Positions 10,159-20,497 of a stretch of DNA of 64,000 bases are shown in pieces (positions within the stretch are counted from its first letter, which is position 1; every line of letters begins with the position of its first letter). Source of the stretch: Bdellovibrionales bacterium (GTDB taxonomy: Bacteria; Bdellovibrionota; Bdellovibrionia; Bdellovibrionales; JAUICD01); contig OZ241865.1 of NCBI GenBank assembly GCA_965203275.1, forward strand, positions 192,001 through 256,000, given 5' to 3'. Both the position numbers and the translations under genes were made by a program. A model generated the notes under the pieces. That model was not told the origin of the DNA. It did no database searches and saw nothing but the letters and a program-made list of their open reading frames with translations.

Positions 10159-11118
10159 ATGAATAATATGGAAGCTATCAATAATAGAAGAAATAACATT
10201 CATTCTTCAACTCATAAGAGAAATTTTTTAACAAGTCTTAGAACAATTCGTGGTAAAAATAAATTTAAAAGGTATATAGGATCACCTTTAAGATATGCCG
10301 GGGGTAAAAGTCTTGCAGTCGGTATGATCGTTGATTTGATACCAGAAGATATACCGTGTCTTGTCTCTCCTTTTATAGGTGGAGGTGCAGTCGAAGTCGC
10401 CTGTGCAAATGAATTAAACATTCCAGTTATATCTTTTGATATTTTTGATATTTTAGTCAATTATTGGGATATACAAATTAATTATCCAAAAGAATTATAT
10501 AATAAATTAAAAGAGTTTTATCCAACAAAGTCTGAATATTATAAACAAAAGAAAGTCTTAAAAGCCCATTGGAATGGGGAGAATATTTTAAACAAATTAG
10601 ATTTAGCTGCACAATATTATTTTAGTAGCAATATGTCTTATGGTCCTCATTTTTTAGGTTGGCCATCTAGTGTTTATTTAAAAGAAGAAAGATATAAAAA
10701 GATGCTAGAGAAAGTAAGAACATTCAAGGCTCCAAAACTCAAAGTAAAATGCCAATCATTTGAAAAAACAATACCACAATATAAAAATAACTTTTTATAT
10801 TGTGATCCACCCTATTTTCTTGGGGATGATAGTAAAATGTTTGTAGGCATGTACCCACATAGAAATTTTCCTATTCACCACAAAGGTTTTAACCATAAAC
10901 TTTTGAGAGATATTCTTTTAAATCATACTGGTGGATTTATTTTATCTTACAATGATTGTCCTACAATTAGAAAATGGTACAAAGAATGCAAAATGACATT
11001 TCCAAGATGGCAATATACTTTTGGTCAAGGGGATACTCGTATTGGAGAAAATCGTATAAAAAATAATAATGGAAGTTATGTCAAAAAATCACATGAGCTT
11101 CTTATTTGGAGACTATAA
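10159..11118 (+). CDS. Dam-like (D12 class) DNA adenine methyltransferase
   Basis: SPLRYAGGKS, SPFIGGG, LYCDPPY, FILSYND. Confidence 0.93.
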   Translation: MNNMEAINNRRNNIHSSTHKRNFLTSLRTIRGKNKFKRYIGSPLRYAGGKSLAVGMIVDLIPEDIPCLVSPFIGGGAVEVACANELNIPVISFDIFDILVNYWDIQINYPKELYNKLKEFYPTKSEYYKQKKVLKAHWNGENILNKLDLAAQYYFSSNMSYGPHFLGWPSSVYLKEERYKKMLEKVRTFKAPKLKVKCQSFEKTIPQYKNNFLYCDPPYFLGDDSKMFVGMYPHRNFPIHHKGFNHKLLRDILLNHTGGFILSYNDCPTIRKWYKECKMTFPRWQYTFGQGDTRIGENRIKNNNGSYVKKSHELLIWRL

Positions 11119-11339
11119 ATGATGAACACTAAAAAAAGAGGTTTAAGTTTAATGATCAAAATATTGGAGAGATTGAGATGAGAAATGACAGCATTAAGCA
11201 CTATCAAGAGGTAAGATTTAATATGAATAAAAATAGATTTATGGATATCTTATATAACTCTATTAAAGAGGTTAAAAAATATTCAGATGACATTTTACTG
11301 TATGGGCAGGCTGTTAAGCGATTTGGAAGGTGGCTCTAG
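11119..11339 (+). pseudogene. Deletion remnant of the gene downstream of the MTase, probably the cognate restriction endonuclease
   Basis: ATG directly after the MTase stop (MMNTKKRGL) joined out of frame to about 65 protein-like codons (KFNDQNIGEIEMRNDSIKHYQEVRFNM...KRFGRWL*). Confidence 0.55.
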
Positions 11340-11437
11340 ACAGCCCTACAAAACTCCAGAGGTCAGTTTACTTTTAGTGAAACAGAGGTCAGACTACTTT
11401 TGTTGAGCAAAATAAGTAAACAAACAAGGGGGGGGGG

Positions 11438-12478
11438 TTATTGGTAGTAAGAGAATTTTTTAGGGTCAAAGGCTTCTCTGATGGCTTCACCAATAAAGGT
11501 GACCATTGTCAAAACAAGTACCATAGCTACAATCACAGATGTCACAATCCAAATAGAATCTATCTGTGAAGCCCCCTCCTTAAGTAATTCCCCCCAGCTG
11601 GGTGTTGGCTTTGGCAACCCATAACCCAGATAATCCAGTGCCGTCAAAGAAGTGATTCCAAAAGCAATGGAAAATGGGATAAAAGTAATAACCACAGAAA
11701 CAATATTTGGTAAAATATGATGGAAAATAATCCTGCGATGGGTGGCTCCTAACGCCTTAGCTGCTAAAACATATTCTCTTGCTTTTTCTTTATAAGTGGA
11801 TGTTCTCATATACCAAGTGATCTCTGTCCATCCAAAAAATACCATAATAGCAATCAGTATTTCTAAAGTGGGCGAAATAATAGAGGCAACAATGATCACA
11901 ATATAGAGCCTTGGAATATTTGACCAAATCTCAATAACCCTCTGAAAGAAAAGATCAAAACGTCCCCCAATATATCCAATCAAGCAACCCATTATAATAC
12001 CCACAATGTAACTTAAAATAAGTAAGGCAAGAGAAAAAATAATCGCTACACGAAAGCCATAAAAAAGCCTAGCTAGCACATCACGACCTGCTGTATCTGT
12101 ACCTAAATAATGCTGGCTTTCCACAGAAGGCGGATAGGGAGGGTATTGATCTTCTTGATAGTCATTTTCAAAAGGATTGTAGGGTACCAACGGCATGAGG
12201 ACCCAATTATTGCTTCCCTTAAAATGTTCCCGAAGTTTTTTATAGTCGGTCTCGTATTCGTAATCAAGTCCAAAGGTGGTTCCAGGTATAATGCCCCCAT
12301 AAGTAGGAAAGTGATATTGCCCATTGTATTGAACAATCAAAGCCCTTGAATTGATCAGCATTTCAGCACATAAAGACAAAAAAACTAAAAAAGTAAAAAT
12401 AATCAAGGAGTAATAACCCCGTTTGATGGATTTAAACTTTTGAATCTTCTTAAGAGTCAAAGGATTCAGCCTGATCAT
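11438..12478 (-). CDS. Peptide ABC transporter permease, YejE/OppC-like
   Basis: HYLGTDTAGRDVLARL, EYVLAAKALGA, PTPSWGELL; ATGA overlap with the upstream permease. Confidence 0.93.
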   Translation of the reverse strand: MIRLNPLTLKKIQKFKSIKRGYYSLIIFTFLVFLSLCAEMLINSRALIVQYNGQYHFPTYGGIIPGTTFGLDYEYETDYKKLREHFKGSNNWVLMPLVPYNPFENDYQEDQYPPYPPSVESQHYLGTDTAGRDVLARLFYGFRVAIIFSLALLILSYIVGIIMGCLIGYIGGRFDLFFQRVIEIWSNIPRLYIVIIVASIISPTLEILIAIMVFFGWTEITWYMRTSTYKEKAREYVLAAKALGATHRRIIFHHILPNIVSVVITFIPFSIAFGITSLTALDYLGYGLPKPTPSWGELLKEGASQIDSIWIVTSVIVAMVLVLTMVTFIGEAIREAFDPKKFSYYQ

Positions 12479-13482
12479 TGAAAACGTATCCTTGGATCTA
12501 TTAAAGCCACACAAATATCTGATAAAATATTACCAATAAAAAACAACAGAGAAGATATCACCAAAATACCCATCACAACAGGATAATCCCTCTGCACAAT
12601 GGATTCATATCCCAGCAGTCCAATGCCATCTATATTAAAAATAGTTTCAATCAGAAAAGAACCCGTCAAAAAGAGTGAAATATTATTACCAAAATGTGTT
12701 GCGATAGGGATCAAACTATTGCGAAGGGCATGGTGGACAATAGCTTGAACAAAAGACCGACCTTTTGCAAGAGCTGTCCTCACATAGTCAGCACAAAGGT
12801 TATCCATCAGTGAGTTTTTCATTAAAAAAGTCATAATAGCAAAATTGCCAGCAAGATAAGCAATCAATGGAAGGGTCGCATGATAAAATACATCTTTGAT
12901 TTTGCCTCCAAAAGACAAATCATCAAACTCGTCACTGGTAAAGCCTTCCATAGGGAACCACTCCCATCGAGAACCCAACCACACCAGCAACAAAATACCT
13001 AGTGCATAGCCAGGGATCGCATAACCTATAAAGACAAATACACTTGTCAGACTATCTAAAAAAGACCCATGTTGAATAGACTTAAGTATACCCAACGGAA
13101 TGCAAACTAAGTAAGTGATCAATAAAGTCATCACACCATAAAAAATAGAAATAGGCAGGCGTTCTTGAATTAGATCCCACACGGGTTCTGCATAACGGGT
13201 CGACTGACCTAAGTCTAATAAAAATACTTTCAAAATCCAATTTTTATAAGCTATCAAGACAGGCTGATCGAACCCGTAATAGACCTTTAACTCTTGGATT
13301 TGTTCTTCTGAAAAAGTCGATTCAGACGAATCCATACGACCAGCATTGGCCATTTGGGCTTGGCTAAGCATTTGTTCAATGGGACCCCCGGGGACAAACC
13401 GAGTGATAGTAAAAACAAGGACTGTCACACCTAAAAAAGTTGGAATGATCAATAAAAATCGTCTGAGAAGATATGTTGCCAT
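12475..13482 (-). CDS. Peptide ABC transporter permease, YejB/OppB-like
   Basis: YLLRRFLLIIPTFLG, DYVRTALAKG, HALRNSLIP, RDYPVVMG. Confidence 0.94.
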   Translation of the reverse strand: MATYLLRRFLLIIPTFLGVTVLVFTITRFVPGGPIEQMLSQAQMANAGRMDSSESTFSEEQIQELKVYYGFDQPVLIAYKNWILKVFLLDLGQSTRYAEPVWDLIQERLPISIFYGVMTLLITYLVCIPLGILKSIQHGSFLDSLTSVFVFIGYAIPGYALGILLLVWLGSRWEWFPMEGFTSDEFDDLSFGGKIKDVFYHATLPLIAYLAGNFAIMTFLMKNSLMDNLCADYVRTALAKGRSFVQAIVHHALRNSLIPIATHFGNNISLFLTGSFLIETIFNIDGIGLLGYESIVQRDYPVVMGILVISSLLFFIGNILSDICVALIDPRIRFQ

Positions 13483-13685
13483 TATGTAAGTTTTAACATA
13501 AATATTTGATATTTCAATATAAAGATGCTGTTAAAATCATGTTTATTATTCTATGGCTATCATTAAAAGGATGTTTTTTATGTGGAAAAGCACAAAGTCT
13601 AGCAGGGCTAATCAAAAAGTCATCAAAAGTTACATAAAGTTACAAAAAGTTACAAAAAGTCAAATAAGAGTCAAATAAAAAAAAA

Positions 13686-14031
13686 GAGGCGTCCTAAGGG
13701 AAGTTAGAAAGCACGGCTACTTAAAAAAAAGTAGCGGTCTTAAAGTATCAGCCCATTTAAAAAACTCCAAATCTCATACAAGTGGGTACCGTGAATAATA
13801 ACTTTAGGTTTCTTGAAGATCTTAGGCATCCTAAGATCCATTTCTTAAGACAAAAGGCTCATTCACCTTTTAAGCCTTAAGCCAAGCTTACTCACCGTTA
13901 TCAGAGCCAGATCCCTTCCATTATCTTGTCGAGTTTTTTATTACCTGCCTTACCTTAAAACACCCAAACCCTAATGAAGCTTGCCTCTTTAGAGATTTGA
14001 GTTGATCTCTTGTGTTCCCTTTGGAAACCTC
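13686..14031 (-). ncRNA. Candidate ~345-nt structured non-coding RNA (6S-like or uncharacterised)
   Basis: ORF-free; complementary termini GAGGTTTCCAAAGGGAA / TTCCCTTAGGACGCCTC, internal hairpins, upstream sigma70 promoter, downstream T-tract. Confidence 0.55.
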
Positions 14032-14039
14032 ATTCTTTT

Positions 14040-14068
14040 ATAATAACACCATTTTTCAGATATAACAA
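14040..14068 (-). promoter_or_regulatory. Sigma70-type promoter for the candidate ncRNA
   Basis: TTGTTA-17 bp-TATTAT with TG extended -10. Confidence 0.55.
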
Positions 14069-14283
14069 TAGTTTTATAAAAAAAAATTAAATTTTTTTAA
14101 GATTTTTTTTAAAGAGAATAAGAATATTTTTTTATTTTCTGCCGATAGACATATATATAGGGTTTAATTATTGGTTTACGTTAGGACGTTAGGAATTTAA
14201 AAGGAGCTTAAGGTTTAAAGCAAAAATAAGCCTAAATCCCTAACAAGATATATTTTAAGTGAAATAAAACGGAGTGATTCATT

Positions 14284-16002
14284 ATGAGAATCTCATTTTT
14301 AGATAATTATAAATTTTTAGTATTAAAAAATCTTATAGCATTTGCGTTTTTTCTAGCCATAGTATTTTTTGCTCAGCCTTCTAATGCGATTAGCTGTTCT
14401 TCCTATGAAGGAAGTACATGCAAAGCAAATGGTGTTACTCTCGATAAAGAGACTTGCGAAATAATAAAAAGCGATTGTGATAACTTAAATAGCACCATCA
14501 CTAAGATAGATGAAGATTTAGACGAATTAGAAAGGAATTGTCCACTAACACCAGGTGAACCAAGCTATAATTCAATGTGTATCCAGAATAAAATAAATAC
14601 TTCTGAACGATTACGAGCAAACAAAAGCAGAGAAACACAAAATTTTGAATCTAGAGTAAAAGGATTTACACAAAAGGTTGAAAGAGATCAAAGAGAATGT
14701 AGAAGGGAAATAAGCAGTATGAATCGTGCTGGAGCGGATCTACCGCCAGGGTGCAGGGCCCGTGGTGGTGAGTGTCTTACTGATGCACAAAAATGCCGTA
14801 GGGTTCGAGAAAGTATCGGTGCAGCAGGGGTTCTAAGTGTTCAATTCCAAGGTCAACTTGCAACGGAATGCCCTCAGGCTGCTAAAGAGCAATTTGATGA
14901 AAATAGCGATGAACTCGAAACGCTTGAAGGAAAGTTAAAAACATATCAAGAAGATCAAGATAAAGATGATAAAGAGGACCTTGAAAAGGAGCAGAAGCAT
15001 CAAAATGCATTACAAGAAAATCAAGAGAAAATGCAAGAATTAGCAAAAAGAATGGAAGAACGTTCTGTTGGTTTAAATCAGTTTTTATCTCAACCACCTC
15101 CTGGCATCACAGAACAAATGAATAGCATACGTCTTGAGGCTTTAAACATCAATCGTAAAATACGCGGGCTATCAAGACAGCTGACACAATTGCAATCCAA
15201 TGACACAAGAGAAGCTGACCAGGCCTCACAGGCATATCAAAGTGCTTTACGTGGTATCGCTATCGAATGTAATAAAGCAGGTAGCGAAGCTATCGTCGAA
15301 GAGAGAAGGCGTATTAGAAGACAAGCTGAGAACAGACAAACAACTCAAAATCTTAGGCAAGCATCTGAAGATCCAGCAGATCGATTAAGGCTCGTTGGTG
15401 CAAGGGCCTATGCTAGCTGTCGAAACAGTGCAGAAAGTCAAAATACAATAGAAGAAGCACGTCACACATATCAATCACTGCAAAGAGAGTTAAGGCGTGC
15501 AGAAGGAGCATTAATAGATCAAATACAAGATCTAGAAGAACAACTGGTAGCTATGAATGAGCAGTTAGACACTTTAGTTGAACAGGCAGATAAAGAATTT
15601 AATGATGCACAAGAAGTTCATAGACGAGGCATTAGTGAGGCTGTTCGTGAGTTAAATGACTTACAACATAAAAATGAAACTCTGGAATTTTATCATAAAC
15701 AAGAAACAATGCAGAAACAAAGTCAGTATGTACGGAGACAACAACAATATAATGTAGATAACGGAACATATATGGCCTTGCAACAAGCTGTAGAAGCAGG
15801 TCGTCCAGGCTCTTATTTTAGCAGTAGAGGCTATGGTGAGTATAAATCAATAGATTCCTTTGCAGCACAGTACGAAAATGCACACCATACATGTTGTGAC
15901 AATGATCGAAATCTTGACCCTAAACTATGTAGCTCTAATAGTGCTGAAAGATATTTGCGTAGTGGCAGTAGTAGAAGCGGCCGTAGTAGAGGTGCAAGAT
16001 AA
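14284..16002 (+). CDS. Secreted Cys-rich long coiled-coil protein
   Basis: Signal peptide, paired Cys, Q/E/R-rich heptads; GGAG RBS. Confidence 0.8.
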   Translation: MRISFLDNYKFLVLKNLIAFAFFLAIVFFAQPSNAISCSSYEGSTCKANGVTLDKETCEIIKSDCDNLNSTITKIDEDLDELERNCPLTPGEPSYNSMCIQNKINTSERLRANKSRETQNFESRVKGFTQKVERDQRECRREISSMNRAGADLPPGCRARGGECLTDAQKCRRVRESIGAAGVLSVQFQGQLATECPQAAKEQFDENSDELETLEGKLKTYQEDQDKDDKEDLEKEQKHQNALQENQEKMQELAKRMEERSVGLNQFLSQPPPGITEQMNSIRLEALNINRKIRGLSRQLTQLQSNDTREADQASQAYQSALRGIAIECNKAGSEAIVEERRRIRRQAENRQTTQNLRQASEDPADRLRLVGARAYASCRNSAESQNTIEEARHTYQSLQRELRRAEGALIDQIQDLEEQLVAMNEQLDTLVEQADKEFNDAQEVHRRGISEAVRELNDLQHKNETLEFYHKQETMQKQSQYVRRQQQYNVDNGTYMALQQAVEAGRPGSYFSSRGYGEYKSIDSFAAQYENAHHTCCDNDRNLDPKLCSSNSAERYLRSGSSRSGRSRGAR

Positions 16003-16407
16003 TAAAGAGCAAGCTCTACAACAACTGTAGCTGAGTGCCTATACCTTTTAGCAAACTTCCAATGATTTCTAAATATTTCAAAAAATCAATAGAAAAGAGA
16101 CTTCTTTGATACTTTTTAAACATCCTTGAACCTACAATATTTGATTCCTTGTATATGGCTTTATGACCTTTATAAGATGGATCAAAGACCTTAAAGAGTT
16201 CAAAAACCTTAAAAGAGAGACCTTAAAAAGGACGTTTTTTGTCACTATTTCATAAATTTAACACCTTAAAACTCTTAAAATGTGCTTTTTCCCTTATTTT
16301 CAGCGTATTTTAATTTGGCACAGATTGTGAATTGTAAAAGTTAAGAGGCTCTGAATGAATAAAGCCTTAAAAAAGGAATCAAAAAAGCAAAATAGAGGAT
16401 TTAAGTT

Positions 16408-17163
16408 ATGAAAGCATTTATGAAGAATAAAACAATAAAGAAACTATGGATTACTTTTTCATTTGTGGCTGTTTTGAGCATTGCCACATTGGTTGGTTGT
16501 TCAAAATCACAATATGGATATGGTCAAGGTCCTTATGGAACCTTCCCTGCTAGTAGATATGCTCAAGGATATGGTGGTTTTGCCCTCTCTACTGACGACT
16601 CTATGAGTATAAGAGACACAGAGGCTTATGGTCGATTTTTAGAAGAAATTATGGGTCTTTGCCGTCACAATAGAAATAATGGAATGATGGGTGAATGGCA
16701 TCATGGTGGTTCTTTTGGAAGTCCTATAAGTTCTTGTAAATGGGCTACTCAAAATTATGAAGAATTTGTTGTAGAGTTTTATATGGATGATAACCCTGAA
16801 CATGGCTCACTTGTTGATATTGAATTTTATTTAGGTGCTAATAACGGTTATTTTGGTACACAATGGGTGTCTTCTACTGATAGAGCTTTGGTGATCACAG
16901 GTGAACTCAGAGTGCAAGAAGACGGACAGTTTAGGATTGTATACGATCCAGGTCACAGACAACCTCGAATTATTATGAAAGTTAAAGGAGATCTGGAAGA
17001 TCTAGTGGATGGCAGTAAGAGCCGTGCAAATATCACTGTGGAATATGGCGGAGATCGCATCGGAACAGGTAAAGCTTCTGTTATGGAAGAAGAGATATAC
17101 GAGACTAGTTATGACCCTTACTACGATCCTTACTATGCCCCATATTATAATCGTCACTACTAA
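16408..17163 (+). CDS. Putative lipoprotein
   Basis: Lipobox LVGC after hydrophobic stretch; GAGG RBS. Confidence 0.8.
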   Translation: MKAFMKNKTIKKLWITFSFVAVLSIATLVGCSKSQYGYGQGPYGTFPASRYAQGYGGFALSTDDSMSIRDTEAYGRFLEEIMGLCRHNRNNGMMGEWHHGGSFGSPISSCKWATQNYEEFVVEFYMDDNPEHGSLVDIEFYLGANNGYFGTQWVSSTDRALVITGELRVQEDGQFRIVYDPGHRQPRIIMKVKGDLEDLVDGSKSRANITVEYGGDRIGTGKASVMEEEIYETSYDPYYDPYYAPYYNRHY

Positions 17164-17337
17164 TGTGAATGTTGATGCTAAGCTGATGCTAATGCTGATG
17201 CTGATGCTGATGCTGATGCATTTGAAATAAGTCTTTGAAGCATAAAGAAATAAAAGAAGCTTGCAGTCAGGAGCTATAGCCATTAGGGCATAAGCTTCTT
17301 GATTGAGCATCATTGGTTAATTTATTCTTATTTATTG

Positions 17338-17652
17338 TTATTGTGTACTGAGTAATATATCAAATATCTTATCGAGGCGTTGATTGATTTGGTCAAACCT
17401 CTGATTAACTTGGTCAAACTTCTTATCAACCTTATCAAACTTCTGATCAATCTTATCAAACTTCTGATCAAGTTTCTTTATTTCTTCTTTTAATTCTTTT
17501 TGATGATCTTTTAATTCTTTAATTTGTGTGGGTATATGGTTATATACCTGTTCTTTAATGGGGTTGATTAAAAACTTCAAAATAATGATGAAGCTAGCTA
17601 ACACACCAATTAAACTACCTAAAATAGCGATTATTTGTAAAGTTATGTCCAT
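17338..17652 (-). CDS. Membrane-anchored coiled-coil protein, array copy 9 (distinct C-terminus STQ)
   Basis: N-terminal TM helix + KFDQ/KFDK heptads; AGGAGG RBS. Confidence 0.85.
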   Translation of the reverse strand: MDITLQIIAILGSLIGVLASFIIILKFLINPIKEQVYNHIPTQIKELKDHQKELKEEIKKLDQKFDKIDQKFDKVDKKFDQVNQRFDQINQRLDKIFDILLSTQ

Positions 17653-17683
17653 ATCTTAGTACCTCCTTTTATATTATTATACT

Positions 17684-17989
17684 CTATTTTTTCCCTTTAG
17701 GCCCGGTATGTTGACTGAGTAATATATCAAATATCTTATCGAGGCGTTGATTGATTTGGTCAAACCTCTGATTAACTTGATCAAACTTCTGTTCAAACTT
17801 CTGATCAAGTTTCTTTATTTCTTCTTTTAATTCTTTTTGATGATCTTTTAATTCTTTAATTTGTGTGGGTATATGGTTATATACCTGTTCTTTAATGGGG
17901 TTGATTAAAAACTTCAAAATAATGATGAAGCTAGCTAACACACCAATTAAACTACCTAAAATAGCGATTATTTGTAAAGTTATGTCCAT
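17684..17989 (-). CDS. Membrane-anchored coiled-coil protein, array copy 8
   Basis: Paralog, 101 aa. Confidence 0.85.
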   Translation of the reverse strand: MDITLQIIAILGSLIGVLASFIIILKFLINPIKEQVYNHIPTQIKELKDHQKELKEEIKKLDQKFEQKFDQVNQRFDQINQRLDKIFDILLSQHTGPKGKK

Positions 17990-18018
17990 ATCTTAGTACC
18001 CTCCTATATTATTATACT

Positions 18019-18270
18019 CTATTTTTTCCCTTTAGGCCCGGTATGTTGACTGAGTAATATATCAAATATCTTATCGAGGCGTTGATTAACTTGGTCAAAC
18101 TTCTGGTCAAGTCTCTTTATGTCATCTCTTAATTCTTTTTGATGATCCTTTAGTTCTTTAATTTGTGTGGGTATATGGTTATATACCTGTTCTTTAATGG
18201 GGTTGATTAAAAACTTCAAAATAATGATGAAGCTAGCTAACATACCGATTATTTGTAAAGTTATGTCCAT
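18019..18270 (-). CDS. Membrane-anchored coiled-coil protein, array copy 7 (7-aa deletion in TM)
   Basis: Paralog, 83 aa. Confidence 0.85.
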   Translation of the reverse strand: MDITLQIIGMLASFIIILKFLINPIKEQVYNHIPTQIKELKDHQKELRDDIKRLDQKFDQVNQRLDKIFDILLSQHTGPKGKK

Positions 18271-18301
18271 ATCTTAATACCTCCTTTTATATTATTATAC
18301 T

Positions 18302-18586
18302 CTATTTTTTCCCTTTAGGCCCGGTATGTTGACTGAGTAATATATCAAATATCTTATCGAGGCGTTGATTGATTTGGTCAAACCTCTGATTAACTTGATC
18401 AAACTTCTGATCAAACTTCTGGTCAAGTCTCTTTATGTCATCCTTTAGTTCTTTAATTTGTGTGGGTATATGGTTACATACTTGTTCTTTAATGGGGTCA
18501 ATTAAAAACTTCAAGATAATGATGAAGCTAGCTAACACAACAATTAAGCTACCTAAAATAGCGATTATTTGTAAAGTTATGTCCAT
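18302..18586 (-). CDS. Membrane-anchored coiled-coil protein, array copy 6
   Basis: Paralog, 94 aa. Confidence 0.85.
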   Translation of the reverse strand: MDITLQIIAILGSLIVVLASFIIILKFLIDPIKEQVCNHIPTQIKELKDDIKRLDQKFDQKFDQVNQRFDQINQRLDKIFDILLSQHTGPKGKK

Positions 18587-18617
18587 ATCTTAGTACCTCC
18601 TTTTATATTATTATACT

Positions 18618-18944
18618 CTATTTTTTCCCTTTAGGCCCGGTATGTTGACTGAGTAATATATCAAATATCTTATCGAAACGTTGATTAATTTGTTCAGCCA
18701 TCCTATCGAGGCGTTGATTAACTTGATCAAACTTCTGATTAACTTGTTCAAACTTCTGATTAACTTGTTCAAACTTCTGATCAAGTCTCTTTATTTCATC
18801 CTTTAGTTCTTTAATTTGTGTGGGTATATGGTTATATACCTGTTCTCTAATGGGGTTGATTAAAAACTTCAAAATAATGATGAAGCTAGCTAACACACCA
18901 ATTAAACTACCTAAAATAGCGATTATTTGTAAAGTTATGTCCAT
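18618..18944 (-). CDS. Membrane-anchored coiled-coil protein, array copy 5
   Basis: Paralog, 108 aa. Confidence 0.85.
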   Translation of the reverse strand: MDITLQIIAILGSLIGVLASFIIILKFLINPIREQVYNHIPTQIKELKDEIKRLDQKFEQVNQKFEQVNQKFDQVNQRLDRMAEQINQRFDKIFDILLSQHTGPKGKK

Positions 18945-18975
18945 ATCTTAGTACCTCCTTTTATATTATTATACT

Positions 18976-19344
18976 CTATTTTTTCCCTTTAGGCCCGGTA
19001 TGTTGACTGAGTAATATATCAAATATCTTATCGAAACGTTGATTAATTTGTTCAGCCATCCTATCGAGGCGTTGATTAACTTGGTCAAACTTCTGATTAA
19101 CTTGTTCAAACCTCTGATTAACTTGATCAAACTTCTGATTAACTTGTTCAAACTTCTGATTAACTTGTTCAAACTTCTGATCAAGTCTCTTTATTTCATC
19201 CTTTATTTCTTTAATTTGTGTGGGTATATGGTTATATACCTGTTCTCTAATGGGGTTGATTAAAAACTTCAAAATAATGATGAAGCTAGCTAACACACCA
19301 ATTAAACTACCTAAAATAGCGATTATTTGTAAAGTTATGTCCAT
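18976..19344 (-). CDS. Membrane-anchored coiled-coil protein, array copy 4
   Basis: Paralog, 122 aa. Confidence 0.85.
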   Translation of the reverse strand: MDITLQIIAILGSLIGVLASFIIILKFLINPIREQVYNHIPTQIKEIKDEIKRLDQKFEQVNQKFEQVNQKFDQVNQRFEQVNQKFDQVNQRLDRMAEQINQRFDKIFDILLSQHTGPKGKK

Positions 19345-19375
19345 ATCTTAGTACCTCCTTTTATATTATTATACT

Positions 19376-19747
19376 CTATTTTTTCCCTTTAGGCCCAGTG
19401 TGTTGACTGAGTAATATATCAAATATCTTATCGAAACGTTGATTAATTTGTTCAGTCATCCTATCGAGGCGTTGATTAACTTGGTCAAACTTCTGTTCAA
19501 ACTTCTGATTAACTTGATCAAACTTCTGATTAACTTGGTCAAACTTCTGGTCAAACTTCTGCTCAAGTTTCTTTATTTCGTCTTTTAATTCTTTTTGATG
19601 CTCTTTTATTTCTTTAATTTGTGTGGGTATATGGTTATATACCTGTTCTCTAATGGGGTTGATTAAAAACCTCAAAATAATGATGAAGCTAGCTAACACA
19701 CCAATTAAACTACCTAAAATAGCGATTATTTGTAAAGTTATGTCCAT
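19376..19747 (-). CDS. Membrane-anchored coiled-coil protein, array copy 3
   Basis: Paralog, 123 aa. Confidence 0.85.
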   Translation of the reverse strand: MDITLQIIAILGSLIGVLASFIIILRFLINPIREQVYNHIPTQIKEIKEHQKELKDEIKKLEQKFDQKFDQVNQKFDQVNQKFEQKFDQVNQRLDRMTEQINQRFDKIFDILLSQHTGPKGKK

Positions 19748-19774
19748 ATCTTAGTACCCCTATATTATTATACT

Positions 19775-20122
19775 CTATTCTTTCCCTTTAGGCCCGGTGT
19801 GTTGACTGAGTAATATATCAAATATCTTATCGAAACGTTGATTAATTTGTTCAGCCATCCTATCGAGGCGTTGATTAACTTGGTCAAACTTCTGATTAAC
19901 TTGTTCAAACCTCTGATTAACTTGATCAAACTTCTGATTAACTTGTTCAAACTTCTGATCAAGTCTCTTTATTTCATCCTTTATTTCTTTAATTTGTGTG
20001 GGTATATGGTTATATACCTGTTCTCTAATGGGGTTGATTAAAAACTTCAAAATAATGATGAAGCTAGCTAACACACCAATTAAACTACCTAAAATAGCGA
20101 TTATTTGTAAAGTTATGTCCAT
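19775..20122 (-). CDS. Membrane-anchored coiled-coil protein, array copy 2
   Basis: Paralog, 115 aa. Confidence 0.85.
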   Translation of the reverse strand: MDITLQIIAILGSLIGVLASFIIILKFLINPIREQVYNHIPTQIKEIKDEIKRLDQKFEQVNQKFDQVNQRFEQVNQKFDQVNQRLDRMAEQINQRFDKIFDILLSQHTGPKGKE

Positions 20123-20153
20123 ATCTTAGTACCCCACTTTATATTATTATACT

Positions 20154-20474
20154 CTATTTTTTCCCTTTAGGCCCGGTATGTTGACTGAGTAATATATCAA
20201 ATATCTTATCGAAACGTTGATTAATTTGTTCAGTCATCCTATCGAGGCGTTGATTAACTTGGTCAAACTTCTGTTCAAACTTCTGGTCAAACTTCTGTTC
20301 AAACTTCTGATCAAGTCTCTTTATGTCATCCTTTAGTTCTTTAATTTGTGCGGGTATATGGTTACATACTTGTTCTTTAATGGGGTCAATTAAAAACTTC
20401 AAGATAATGATGAAGCTAGCTAACACAACAATTAAACTACCTAAAATAGCGATTATTTGTAAAGTTATGTCCAT
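20154..20474 (-). CDS. Membrane-anchored coiled-coil protein, array copy 1
   Basis: Paralog, 106 aa. Confidence 0.85.
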   Translation of the reverse strand: MDITLQIIAILGSLIVVLASFIIILKFLIDPIKEQVCNHIPAQIKELKDDIKRLDQKFEQKFDQKFEQKFDQVNQRLDRMTEQINQRFDKIFDILLSQHTGPKGKK

Positions 20475-20497
20475 ATCTTAGTACCCCACTTTATATT

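Noticed and set aside
13686..14031. RNase P RNA, tmRNA or SRP identity for the ncRNA candidate
   Set aside because: Their hallmark motifs were not found on either strand
14141..14148. GCCGATAG as a sigma28 -10 box (and ACCGATAA at 46685)
   Set aside because: No convincingly spaced -35 element; too weak to call
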